From Lingula anatina (taxonomy: Eukaryota; Animalia; Brachiopoda): a stretch of 64,000 bases of DNA. Each line of letters starts with the position of its first letter. Positions within the stretch are counted from its first letter, which is position 1. Both the position numbers and the translations under genes were made by a program. The DNA lies in assembly GCA_051362555.1 (NCBI GenBank), contig CM120642.1, forward strand, positions 11,222,001-11,286,000, written 5' to 3'. Under the pieces are notes generated by a model. It ran no database searches and was not told the DNA's origin. It saw nothing but the letters and a program-made list of their open reading frames with translations. Shown in pieces: positions 49,900 to 62,080 of the stretch.

Positions 49900-50123
49900 G
49901 GGTGTATTCCCAGAGATTTAGCTTAATCCAGGGATTAAGATTTAGATCTACCCAACTCCCTGGGGGTTCACGCTAAATTGCAGTCAGCCGAGCGCGCACC
50001 ATAGTTTATTACCCCTTTACGGCCTCAGTGGGTGGGACAGACACTTAAGCTGGCTAAGCTGACAGTAATCTAATGAGACTCCCCACAGGGATAGATCGAT
50101 CTAAAATCTATGGAACTGGGGTC
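49900..50123. mobile_element. PIF/Harbinger-like MITE, second copy of the 9607 family
   Basis: Shares aactccctgggggttcacgctaaat, gacagtaatcta.tgagactcccc and gatagatcgatctaaaa with the 9607 copy; TTA on both sides. Confidence 0.8.
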
Positions 50124-51422
50124 TTAGCCAACTGATATCAGACTCAACCATACAGAATAAATGAGCTTAACTTAAGACTTAAGAGTCAAAAATAAAGAAG
50201 GAATAAGCACTTGGAATATTCAACAAAATGATTTTTTTCTAAATATTTTGATAAAAAAATAAATAAGTGAAAACAAGGCAGCAAAACTGTCAAATGTACT
50301 GACAAAAAGCAGAAAATAATGATGCGCAAGGTAATTTTGTCAATTTTGATTCAATAATAAATCATGTTTAAACAGCAAAGTCAACACCAAATTTAAATTA
50401 CCCATGACAGGTAGCATGGTTGTTAGGAATAGGTAGTTACCGTAAGGTTTCAGGTCCATGAGACTTTAAATTCACACATTGAAAGTGCCAGAACGAGAAA
50501 AATGAATATTTAAAAAAAAAATGCATAAATTCAAGAAATATAATCCTATCAAGCTGGTTTTCCCATTTGAGATGTATGCCAATCCTATAAATCATTTTTT
50601 AAAGTTACAAGCATATGAGGTGGAAATGCACAAAATAGTTTTCTTGTCAATTTTTATCCAATAAAAGTTTACAGGAAAGAGCATTGTAGGGTTTCACTTT
50701 GGGGAGTAAATGGATACTCATCACTTTGTATTGTGCAATATCACCTTGTGACATCATCATGGCTTCTTTGCTTTCATAAATGTGCACAGTGAGTGTACAT
50801 TTCTCAAATTTATTCTTGTTATCATAGTAGCTATTGTTTTAGTGTGATCTGGGTATGCATAAAAACAATGAGTCAGCATATTTTATGTAACAAAGCTGTT
50901 TATCCGGTTACTAATAAATTTTGGAGTTGCCTCCCTATCCAAAATTGACAAACACCAAATGGTTATTCATCTTGAAAACTTTCATGCTATTGTCAACTTT
51001 TGCAGAATTTTTAGGCTTAGCCACTTGACTATAACAAAAATTTCAAGAATCCAAGCCAACACTTATTAAGTGTCAATATATATATATTAACGTTTGTAGA
51101 TGCATTTGAAGTTAGTTGACATGGCAAATCAACCAAATGCCACCATTACAGGGAATCTTAGAATCTCTTCGTATACAACTTTAAACTTTAAATTTTCATA
51201 TGAAGCAAGTGTGGATTCCTAGTGTCACTGCTACCAGTATCTCACACAACTCAAAATATCCCAGTACCTTTTTCAAACTTCTGGGCGTAAATTTGACCTA
51301 CTTGTCCATTCCTCCAGTTTGTAAAAGTCCATCAAATAATGTAGCAATGTATGATGCATTATACTGCTGCTGCCACAACAGCATAATTATTCAAATGAGG
51401 TTTGGTGAAAGTTACAGAGGAT

Positions 51423-51484
<62 letters not shown>

Positions 51485-51829
51485 AAAGAAAACATCTGGT
51501 CAAATATTATTTTTCAGGAAATATAAAACAATGCCCTTTGCTATTTCTTTAAGTTATTCTATTTGAATTTATATGTTGGCTTTTGGTCAGGTTTAGTAAC
51601 AAAGACTGGACATGTCAACTCACTTCAAATGCATCTTTAAAGTTAGTCTTACCATTCTCAATTTCTTACACATTCCATAAAAAATTTTAAATAATCAGCA
51701 AAAACACTATACAGACTGACTGACTGAGTGAACAAAATCAAACAAAAAAAAGATCTTTTTCAGTTAAATTTAAATTCAACAACATCTGTCACTATTAAAT
51801 GTATAACTGAATGTCAGTTTGTAATGGCA

Positions 51830-51905
<76 letters not shown>

Positions 51906-52187
51906 TGATAACTGAATATAGAATTTATAGGAATGTAAAACAGATGACAAATTTAACTGATATAACTTCTGCTTAACAAATGGAAGTCACCAGCAATTTA
52001 TCAAAAAAATTCATAATAATTATGATAAATCAAATACTATAAATGTTGTTATAAGAAAATACAATAAACATATATCTGATTTATAGTAATAACTCATTAA
52101 TACAGTTAATAAAATCAGTTTATAGACATTGCATAGACATTATCACTGGAAATGTATCATTTTGAATAGGCTTCATATCTCATAATC

Positions 52188-52494
52188 AACTAGAAAAGCA
52201 CTCCAAGAGCGTAGACCTCTGCCAAGGTAGCAAAGTCTCCACCCAATGCCGTTTCACCCCTAAATTTTCATTCTATAATGACTTTGTTTTTTGATTATTG
52301 ATTATTGATTGATTATTGATCCGGATCACCACCAAAAACTAATCATCTGTTCCTTGGCCCACTTCTGAGAGTTCCTGAAAATTTCATTGGTCCATAACTT
52401 TTTTGAGTTATGTTGATGACAGACAGACAGACAGACAGAAAGACAGACAGACAAACAAACAGGGTTGAAAACATAACCTCCTTGGTGGAGGTAA
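52188..52494 (-). mobile_element. Complete DINE-1/HINE-like (Helentron-associated) element; fragments at ~35222-35245, 43615-43880 and 49520-49655
   Basis: On the minus strand: 5' hairpin/subTIR ttacctccaccaaggaggtta, (GTCT)n microsatellite, 3' subTIR ccttggcagagg, short palindrome cgctcttggagtg, and a CTAGTT end. Confidence 0.8.
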
Positions 52495-53125
52495 CAAAGT
52501 AAGTACGATTAATAATAAAGATCACACTTCCAGGTATGAACAGTCAAGTTGATTCTAAATCATATATCTTGAACGTTCTCAATTAGGTGACATTCTTTCC
52601 TCTCTTAAAAATTAAATCCCTTCTGATCACAATTTTCAACTTTCCTCTAAAAAGACATACAATCTCTTCAAAATTTTCACACAATGTATGTCTTTGAGTT
52701 AAGATTTTGATATGTAACTTGATTCAGACAAGATAATCAAATCAGGTCTGTTCCTGTCTGGAGGAAATATAACCTTCCAAAGAAACATTATACTGTTATA
52801 ATGAAAATATACCAGAAATAAAGTTATTTTATGAAATTAACAGAGACAGACCTATAGATAAAGATGTGGTCTAAATTCAACAGGCTTAATCCAAATATTC
52901 ATTATAATAATATTCTTTACAAGAATAACCTTTAAAAAGGTGAAAACTTTAAACTCTAATTATGTTCTAGAAAAAATAAGAAATGGATTCAGCTTATTAC
53001 AAAAGTAATCAATTTCCCTATGCATCAAAGATGCTAAAATTTTAAACTTGAAAATATATTATCATCAGACATAAGATAAGTGGCACATGGTTTCAATCAA
53101 TGAAAATTTTAATCATACTGAGATG

Positions 53126-54073
53126 TCAATCTAATTGGTCCTCCAGAGGATGAGGTCGGCATATTGCAAAACTTTCCCTTTTCTTCGCTTTTTTCAACAT
53201 CCTTGTAGCTTGTTTGCTATGAACTTTTATGGAACTTTTAGATGTTCTGAAATTAACCTCATGTTCTTTTTCAGTGTCACCCTTAATGGGTCTTTGGTCA
53301 TTTGAATCAGCTATAGTAGCAGTTTCTGCACTTTTTGTGTCATCAGCATCATTTGTTATACTTGTTATGTCCCCTCTGATGGCTGCCCCAGAGTTGCTTT
53401 TACTGTTATTCTCTGCAGTAGGATCGGCTTCAGCCAAAGTGATTTTCGAAGTTTTAGGAGGCAAATAGTCATAATCAGGAAATATCTTCCTGCACAAAAT
53501 ATTCCCAAACCTGTTGAACATTTTATCAATGAACCACTTTTGATCACTCTCATGCTGTGTCAACCGATAAAAATCATCCTCCATTTCTTGTTGATGTTGG
53601 TCTTCTGGATCTGCAAAAACTGTTCCTTCTGGCACGTCTTTGTCTTCACACAATCTCTGTGGGCACAGGACGTTCAGTGCTATATAAACTTCATATGTCT
53701 TAAACATAATTGCATTGATTTCTCTCCCAGGGTCAAACTCCTGGCCACCTACATCTACCCACACATGACGTCGAATTTGTTCCGATTGACTAGAAGTCTT
53801 TGTGATCCAATATCCCAATTTCATGCAGGATTCTATCTTACGTTGTCGAAGATTGTAATAAAATGAAAAAGCTCCTATGAGAGCATTATCAAAGACTCCA
53901 TGTTTTCCTATTGCTTTGGTTACATGGCGAAATATTTTATGAATTTTACATTTTTCCCTGTGTTTTGCCCAGTGGTTTGTCTGGCAATTTCTGTCACAGT
54001 AGTAAGCCCTATGACATTTACTACATTGCTTTGTGCAGTCTTCTTTTTTACAGTTCCAGCATGCTTCTGGCAT
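53126..54073 (-). CDS. MYND zinc-finger protein with a downstream transglutaminase/papain-like-fold segment, single coding exon, 315 aa
   Basis: CWNC..CSKC..YYCDRNCQTNHWAKHREKC is a canonical zf-MYND. A splice acceptor at ~54117 precedes the ATG, and probable 5'UTR exons lie near 54900-55160. Confidence 0.9.
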   Translation of the reverse strand: MPEACWNCKKEDCTKQCSKCHRAYYCDRNCQTNHWAKHREKCKIHKIFRHVTKAIGKHGVFDNALIGAFSFYYNLRQRKIESCMKLGYWITKTSSQSEQIRRHVWVDVGGQEFDPGREINAIMFKTYEVYIALNVLCPQRLCEDKDVPEGTVFADPEDQHQQEMEDDFYRLTQHESDQKWFIDKMFNRFGNILCRKIFPDYDYLPPKTSKITLAEADPTAENNSKSNSGAAIRGDITSITNDADDTKSAETATIADSNDQRPIKGDTEKEHEVNFRTSKSSIKVHSKQATRMLKKAKKRESFAICRPHPLEDQLD

Positions 54074-54490
54074 GGCATCTACATCTAGTTATGCTCCACT
54101 GGAGATATGACACAATCTGGAAGGGAAAATATTTTCAAAATTATAATTTTTTTTAGATTTTGTATTTCATTACAAGTATGATCCTCAGGTAAAGGTAAGG
54201 GACAATTTCATACTTGAGTGAAGAATATTCATTCATAATATGAAGAATTTTATCTCTGCCACTAGAATTATATTTGGTATATGGGCACTGACTGATCATT
54301 GATATTCAATACAGAGAAAGAGGGGCAATTTCCACCTATGTGTGTATAGAACTATTTCTAATTTTCCCAATCCTAAAAAGGAAATGGGTTTGAGGCATCC
54401 TCCTACTATAAACATTTTTGACCTAAATGGCTCCCTGTCTGGAATTATGATATAATAAATGGTAAATTAATGATTGTAACCCTAATGGTG

Positions 54491-54524
<34 letters not shown>

Positions 54525-55210
54525 TATTATAATATGCAAATACATATGTTAATACTCGCATTCACATTTTCTGATTGCAGAAAATATGCGCAGGAGTGCA
54601 AATTAAGGCCAGACAAAATTAATGGGCTGGTCAGCCAGCACGGCAATGTAATTGTGTCATGGAAAAAATGTGTTGAGTATTTCTGTTGTACGTGTGAGAA
54701 AATTTAATTACATGTAACTACTGAAAATCCTTACTACTGGTACGTTTAAATTATATTATATTTATGTTGTAAAATCGCCCACACTGTGTATTTGACATTC
54801 CATCCCCCTGAAAATGAAAGAGAATTAAAACTGGATTTTTTAAACATTAAATAAAAATAAATAAATAAATAAATAAACATAATTTTGATCGTCGACCTTG
54901 TTTAATGAGATTTGCTGTTCGTTAACCAACTTAACACTGCCTCAAGCTCCAAGCCTACGGGATGAATTTTTACGGATGTTGATGCTGCTGCACTTTAGCT
55001 GTCTTCTTCGAATTCGACTATAACACCACAGAAGGCTAAATTAGGGAAAAAGTAATCTTCGTGATGTTATATTATAATTATAAAAAGTTTCTTACCAACT
55101 ACTGAAAAGTGGTCACAAATGTTTTCCGACCTTGACCTTTGATCAGGCATTGATATCTGTACTTATTTCGCTGAAGAGCACAACGTGGACCAACGCCGTA
55201 AGCAACAAGC

Positions 55211-58064
55211 ATGGTTAGAAAATTAAAGTTTCACGAGAAAAAGTTGTTAAAAAAGGTTGATTTTATATCATGGGAGGTAGACAACAATTTACACGAGGTG
55301 AAGGTGATGAAAAAATACTACATACAAAAGAGGGAAGACTACACAAAGTAGGTTAATCTCGCTCTCATTCACTGTTTTAATAGGATCCAAATTCCTTTTA
55401 GTGTTGGTGTACTGTTATGCGAACATTTTGATGTATGCCATTGCATTACCATTGTCTCTGCTAAGAGTTGAACTCCCGAACGATTTTGGTTAACAGTATA
55501 GAATTTTGTATAATTTTGGTGCATATATACAGTAGATAGCTACCTGTTTGAAGGCGTTAAACCGTTGAATTTTAGAGTCATCTTATTTAGGAAACAAAAA
55601 TAGATATTCACGTTTTAACACCATGTTTGCCATTTTTAAAGGGGTCGTCTCTTTAAGTCTCTGCATTGTTACTCCCCAACAAGATGATATCTGTTGCAAA
55701 ATTATAACATCGCCCACTTCATTATGCTCTGTAAAGATAACAACCTCCGTTGAACCCCCCTCTTCAATTGTTTTTTTTTTTTTTTTTGATAAGAATGAAA
55801 AAATGTTGCCTCCTTCAGGCAAGGTACAGTTATGGGATTTTGGTCTGCAAATATTGGAAAATACAAATTGGTCTAAAGATTTTTATTTCCGACCTTTCTG
55901 AATGTTATCTTAATGGCTCTACCAAATTATTATTTTATTTTCCAAAATGTTTTAGATACAACAAGCTATCAAGATACGTAAGGGAACTGGCAAACAAGAT
56001 CAAAGAGGTTGACATTAAAGACCCTTTCAGGACAGAAGCTACATCTCAGCTGCTGGAAAAATTGTGAGTTTTGCTGAAAAACGGCACACAAAGTCTACTG
56101 GGGACATCAGTGTTTCCTTTTATATGTAAATGACATATTCATCTCATAAGTCTATTTTCCAAAATGAAGATCTTCAGAGATTTGGACATTTTGGCATTAT
56201 ATATATTTTGATTTGAAGAAATGATTTTGTTGTATGATAAACACTGTGACTACTATGGTGAGGCAATCAAGATTTTTGTGGTATTTATGGACAGTTCACT
56301 GTGGCTGGACTTGTTACTTGCATGTGTCATTGCAGTTAGCATCTTTGTGCATATAACTTTCTAACATTTTAAAAGGAAAACTTGCTTACTATTTTCAAAT
56401 TGCACAATAAAAAATTGGTGGTGATTATTTAAATGTTATTAGTTATGCATTATAATGTATAAAACACCCATGTTGTGCACTGTCATTGTTAACACAGTAA
56501 ATAGACAAATTTGTGCTTTATTTTCCTCAAACATACAAGATTGATTCATAGGAAAAAAATATAGCTCAAGTTCCAAAGCCAGCTAAATTGAATTGTTTTT
56601 CATTTGTAAAATAGAGAATTTAATTAAATGTAAATTACTTCAGACATTCCATGGGACTGATTCCAACAAAGAGAAGTTTAGCCTTAGCAGATAAAGTCAA
56701 TGCCTCTGCATTTTGCAGGTAAGGTTTTAATATAACAGTTAATCATGAAAAATATTTAGGTTCTGTCTACGCTACTTAAAGCCTTAAAGCAATTTCAGAA
56801 AAAGTGAATTTTTATATATTTCTGTAGTATTCATGCATTTTGTTTCAATATGTATTGTAAACAAATGAATTCTACAAGTAGAGAATTTACATTTACTTTA
56901 TTTTGTTTTCCAGACGACGTCTCCCAGTAGTAATGGTAAGAAACCACATGGCAGAAACTCTCAAGTCGGCTACTACATTCATTGAACAGGGACGTATCCG
57001 TTTTATCAGTACTATCATGCAGATTTATTATTGATATGTAGAACTACTGTAAAAAAAGCATATATTGAGACCATGATAACATGTACTTTAAAACTGAATT
57101 TAACCAAATCAGTGGTAAATTGGCAAAAGCAAATTAATGTGCAAACTTTTGTCTTTTATTAAAGTAAATATATTTATTAAAAGTAAAAGAAAAGAAAGGA
57201 AAAAAGAATTAGCCTTGTTATGAATTTTTGATGACCTAAAATGTTTTTATTGACTGACCATTACATACTGTTGTAGAGGTTTTCCACATTGGAATTAAGG
57301 GGTATCTTTTTTTCTTTTATTTGCTGAACCCATAGTCTCAGAACTTCCAGTATTTTACTAGATGTTCTTTTTCACTAACAAATTTATACCGTATCATGCT
57401 TTTACAAAAAGAAAAAAAAAACAAAAGAAAGTGCCTTAACAGGTTTCCCAGATGTTCGTGTTGGTCCTGAGGTGGTGACAGATGCTGCATTCCTGGTCAC
57501 CAGAAACATGGAGGACTTTGTCACCTGGACAGATACTTCAGCCATCAGGAAACATGTGCTAGAGTATAATGAAATGGTAAGGACAACCATCCTATTACAG
57601 AGAAGATTTAGAGGTGAAAGTTGGCCTTAATTTTTGGACTGAAATGTTTGGTCTTTTTAATTTTTGGGATAAATCAGTAAGAGTCCACCAAAATAAAGTG
57701 GCTACTGGTCTGAAATATTGGCCTTTTTTTCTTTTTACAAAATGGGCACAACAATTTGCTTAAGTGGACTATTAGTGATTTATAAGATAGCATGGTTGCT
57801 CAGTCTAAAACCCAAAACTGGCTTTTAAACAAGCCTGTAGCAACAACCAATGATGTTTTGATATATGTTTATATCGTAAAACAAAAATGTCAGTAACATG
57901 CGAATGTAACCTTGCAAGTAGTCAACAATAACAAGTACACATGCAAGGTAAATTTTGGCTGTGTTTATAAAATGTGTTAATAAATAAATATAATAAGTAG
58001 AGCCTACTGTGAGTCCATTTGTAAAAATCTATTTCAGAGAGATGATTTTGATCTCATGGCATGA
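55211..58064 (+). CDS. IMP3: U3 small nucleolar ribonucleoprotein IMP3 (S4 RNA-binding domain), 6 exons, 183 aa
   Basis: Exons 55211-55347, 55956-56063, 56644-56718, 56914-56993, 57452-57576 and 58038-58064. Motifs [62 protein letters not shown] and RDDFDL. Confidence 0.98.
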
Positions 58065-59208
58065 CGGAATTCAAGCTTTCTGGAGTCTAGTGGTGAATAC
58101 AAAGGAGTGGTCAAGCTGGGAGACACATGGCAGGCCCTGGGAATACAGGGTGTTGATTGAAAGACCATCCTGTAGCATACTGGTATCAAGACAGCCAGAT
58201 GCTGGATGAAAAAGTTTCTGTTGCTAGGTGACCCTGGCTCAGCTCTGTGTATTGTTTGGAGCTAAAGTTACTGTTGCTCAGCAGTATAACTGGGTGTCAG
58301 GGTATCTGTAGCAGTTGCTACATAACACCTGTGCAATGCAAGGAACCACGATAGTGATGTTAGGAGCAGGAAATTGTGACCAAGTGGGCTGAAATATAAA
58401 CTTAATTTGATATCACATCAAAAGGCTTGCTGAATTGTAGTTGTCAGAAAGTAGACATCATTTATCCAGTTGAAAAGATCCCAACTTGATGCGTTATGCA
58501 AGTAAAAATGAAGTGGGTCTAACCGCAGTTGCAATCTTTAGGAAATGTTTTGTATAAACCTTTCGATTCAAAATTGGCTAATTGTGTGAAATAAACTTAA
58601 GAAAACTTCAGAATTTAGTTTATGTTGAATTTAATTGCCCAAGAAGTCTTAAACAAAATAATGTACTCAACTCTCTTTAATAACCAGTTGCGATATAAAC
58701 AAAACAACTGATTTTAAATGTTGTGGTAATTTTTTTTTATTAAAAGCAACATGTAAACAAAGTCTGAAAAACAACTGTAACATTTGTATATCCAGTATTC
58801 CCACCACTTGAGACAATTTATGAATTAGGAAAAAATTAAGAAGTACCTTCAAGAAGCATAAACAAATTATAAATAAGCTTTTGTTCTGCTCAAGATCATG
58901 TAAAATATTTTACAAAAGCTGCTTACATAACAATAATGAACACTGAACCCTGTTGAATGTGAAAAATTGTATAAAGTTTACAGAAGACACGTTACATACA
59001 TACAGTCTCTGTAAACAAATTCTGACTTCTTTTCTTGAATCCTGCCAATATTCATATTTACCAAACTAATCTAAAATATGAATATTATATTAAGCTGAAA
59101 AATTCTGTAACAATAACATTTAAATTTTGTTCTTTAAAATATACGCATATAAAATATGATGACAATTATTAGCCCTACATTACAAGAAAAATGAAGCAAA
59201 TTAATACG

Positions 59209-62080
59209 TCATCTCCCACATTTCTTGTGAGTGCCAAGATAATTCGGTCTTTTGTGCCTTAGTTGGTCCATTTCTCTTTTAAATTGCATTAGCATGGTGC
59301 TGGAGTAGAAGAATAAAACATTCTCGTATCATACATGACAAATGATTGGATTTCGTTTACACATGGTACCATTTGTATAATATCTTAAGACTGGTCAGTA
59401 CAACTTTTAAAACTTCAAAATTGGACTAGCCTATTTTGTAATTTTTTTCATTCAACATGGACATATTTTAAAACTTAATTCATGGAAACTAGGTGTTTGT
59501 GTCAGTTATTGTTATATGTCATAACTCTGGAAGAAACAACTGATATATATACATACTTCAAAGATGTGAGCTCTGATATCAGTCCTTTCAGCATCCGAGT
59601 TTCCTTTGTATCTGGGTGTTTCTCTTGAGGAGGTACAGCAGCCCCCACATCCCTGGTAGATCTGAGTTGTACCAGTTTCTGGGGGGCTGTCAAGGCATGT
59701 GCTGGGGATTGGAGACAAGTCTTACTGTGGTCTACAGAGCTGGTATTTTCGCCTGGCATAGGGTAATGGCACACCAGTCTAAGAATAAAAAGAACAAAAG
59801 TGGGAAATGGCCATGCAGATTAAATTTGAAGTCTTAAAGTTGCTCTGCCTTAATGCAGTTGTAGGATAAACAAAAGTTATACCCAATTACACACTTCCTG
59901 CTTATTTTTCTTTAAGTGACATTTTTTAGGGACATTTTTTATTTTAAATTAATGTAAATCAAAGTCTCATGACATTATCTTTTTCAAAGTGCATACCCGT
60001 TTCCCATTCCAGCTTGGTCCTCTTTCATAAGATCTTCCCCTAGCTGAAAAAGTTGAGAGTCACTTATGTCTGGGCACTCATCTGACTGAGATACTGTCTT
60101 AACACCTACAATCTGTGGTACTTCTAATGACCTTAACTCCTCAATACACTGGCTGAGTACTTCTGACACTTTAGGTTCAATGGCAGTTGTGTTGTCCCTC
60201 AGTTTAAAGACTTCGGTACTGTCTCCAGCCATATCTGGGATGGTACAGTCTCTGGGGTTGTTGGCCATGGCACAAATTACAGGTGTAGAAACCATGGTAC
60301 TATCTCCAGGAATGGCACTGGTATCAACTACAAGGGAGCAACTCTTGGTACTGTCTGCTGACTTGCAGTCCATGCTTCTCTCACAAGGTTCATGGTCTGT
60401 GACATTATCCCTTGAACTACAGGTGGAACTGTTATCAGGCTCAACACATGTTGTTGTGGCATCTCTGGTGATACTAATTCCAACTTTACAGGACTTTGTG
60501 TCATCTCCAGCCTCACAGGCCATGGAAGTGTCTCTATACTCACAGGCTGAAATGTCCATGTCTCCTTGCATCTGTGGTGTACTACCCTCTTTGGGCTCAA
60601 AGGCTATGGTAATTTCTACAGATTCACAGTCTATATTACTATATTGAGATTCACATGCTGAAGTGGACCTCTCAGGTTCATCTACTGTGGCAGTGCCTAT
60701 CTCACTCACCTCTTTCATAACAGCTCTATTATCTCTTGATTGAAGTGGGAAAATATTACCAATTATTTGTTGCTCATCCTGAAAGGACACATGTGTACTT
60801 GTCAAGTTTACAGTTTTTTGTGTGTATGGAAAGACTTCACCAGGTGTTTTAACTGTAATGTCCTCATATTCTGTACCATTTATAGTCCCAAGTGGTGAAT
60901 GTTGAAAATTTTCAAAGGGTTCTTCTACAACACCTTTTTTTTCTGTAACTGATATTGTTTTTCTTTGTATTTTGTCTTCTTCTCCATGTGAACTTTTTTC
61001 TGGGCCAGTTCCTGGGGAATTACTTGTAAAGGTAACTGTAGTTTTCTTTGTGTCATTACTTTCAAGTACCACAAGAGTTTTTACATTACATTTAGTTCCT
61101 ATTGTGTCTGATGTTCTTGTACTAATATTGGCTTTGTGAAGACTGATGCTTTTTGATGCTTCTGTCATTAAATCTGCATTAACAACTGTAGAGCCAGGTG
61201 TTTTGTCCTTTTTGTGAGACTGAAAACTTGTCAAAGATTTCTTGAATGTTTTCCTTTTGCTGAAGTTGGGTTTGATCCTTGCAGGCTGCGACAGAGGAAC
61301 AAAATCATCATAGTCAGATGTGACTGTTTTACTGTTTGACACACCTATCATTATGTCATCCTGAGATCTTGCTAATATTGCCACAGGGTTGTACATGTAG
61401 TCTAGGATGATGTTATTTGCATCAAATTGCTGTGCTTCTGCTATGCATTCACTGTGGATAGGCTGGGACTGATCAGTCTTGTTCTCCACCTATAATGGAT
61501 TTGAAGAAGTCAGATAATTTGAATTTGAATAACTTGATGTCATAAACAGATTTTTACAAATATTACTGGGTAGTAGGGTACATTCTAATGCTGAAAACTA
61601 GAGAGATAAACTTGCTCAATATCAGAAATTTAAAATTAAATTTTGAGTTTCGTGATTAATGGAAAGGGTACATATTTATTACAATAATTTAAACTTCAAC
61701 ACTGACAAACTACCTTTGTTTCTCTGCTTTGAAAACCTGCTTCACTTGTTCCATCGCCTTGTATAGTTTTAGCTTGTTTTGCTATTACATTCCCATGATT
61801 ATTTGATTCACCTGTATAATATAATTATAATTATCATTTTGATTTGTATATATGCACAGCACTATTTATGTAAAATTTTGGCCTAAAAATATCCATTTAA
61901 TGTACAGAAAATTTTGCAAACAAAATGTTTCAAACATATAAAAAATAGACAAGGAAAAATAGAGAAATACTGATAATGCATTTCTCATTTGTTACCTTTG
62001 CTTGAAACTGACTTCCTCTTCCGTCCGCTAAGTGCTTTGCGTTTTTGTGCAGCTCCATTGGTTTTATGCATGCTCGGCAT
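59209..62080 (-). CDS. BRME1: BRME1/C19orf57(MEIOK21)-like meiotic recombinase recruitment factor, 5 coding exons, 662 aa
   Basis: Exons 61996-62080, 61714-61811, 59997-61489, 59557-59778 and 59209-59299 splice in frame. Disordered acidic body with ISDSQLFQL and a C-terminal helix TRMLKGLISELTSLNTMLMQFKREMDQLR matching the vertebrate BRME1 C-terminal motif. Probable 5'UTR exons at ~62577-62757 and ~63082-63311. Confidence 0.72.

Noticed and set aside
55211-58064. IGF2BP3 (also nicknamed IMP3)
   Set aside because: The sequence is the S4-domain U3 snoRNP protein, with no RRM or KH domains.
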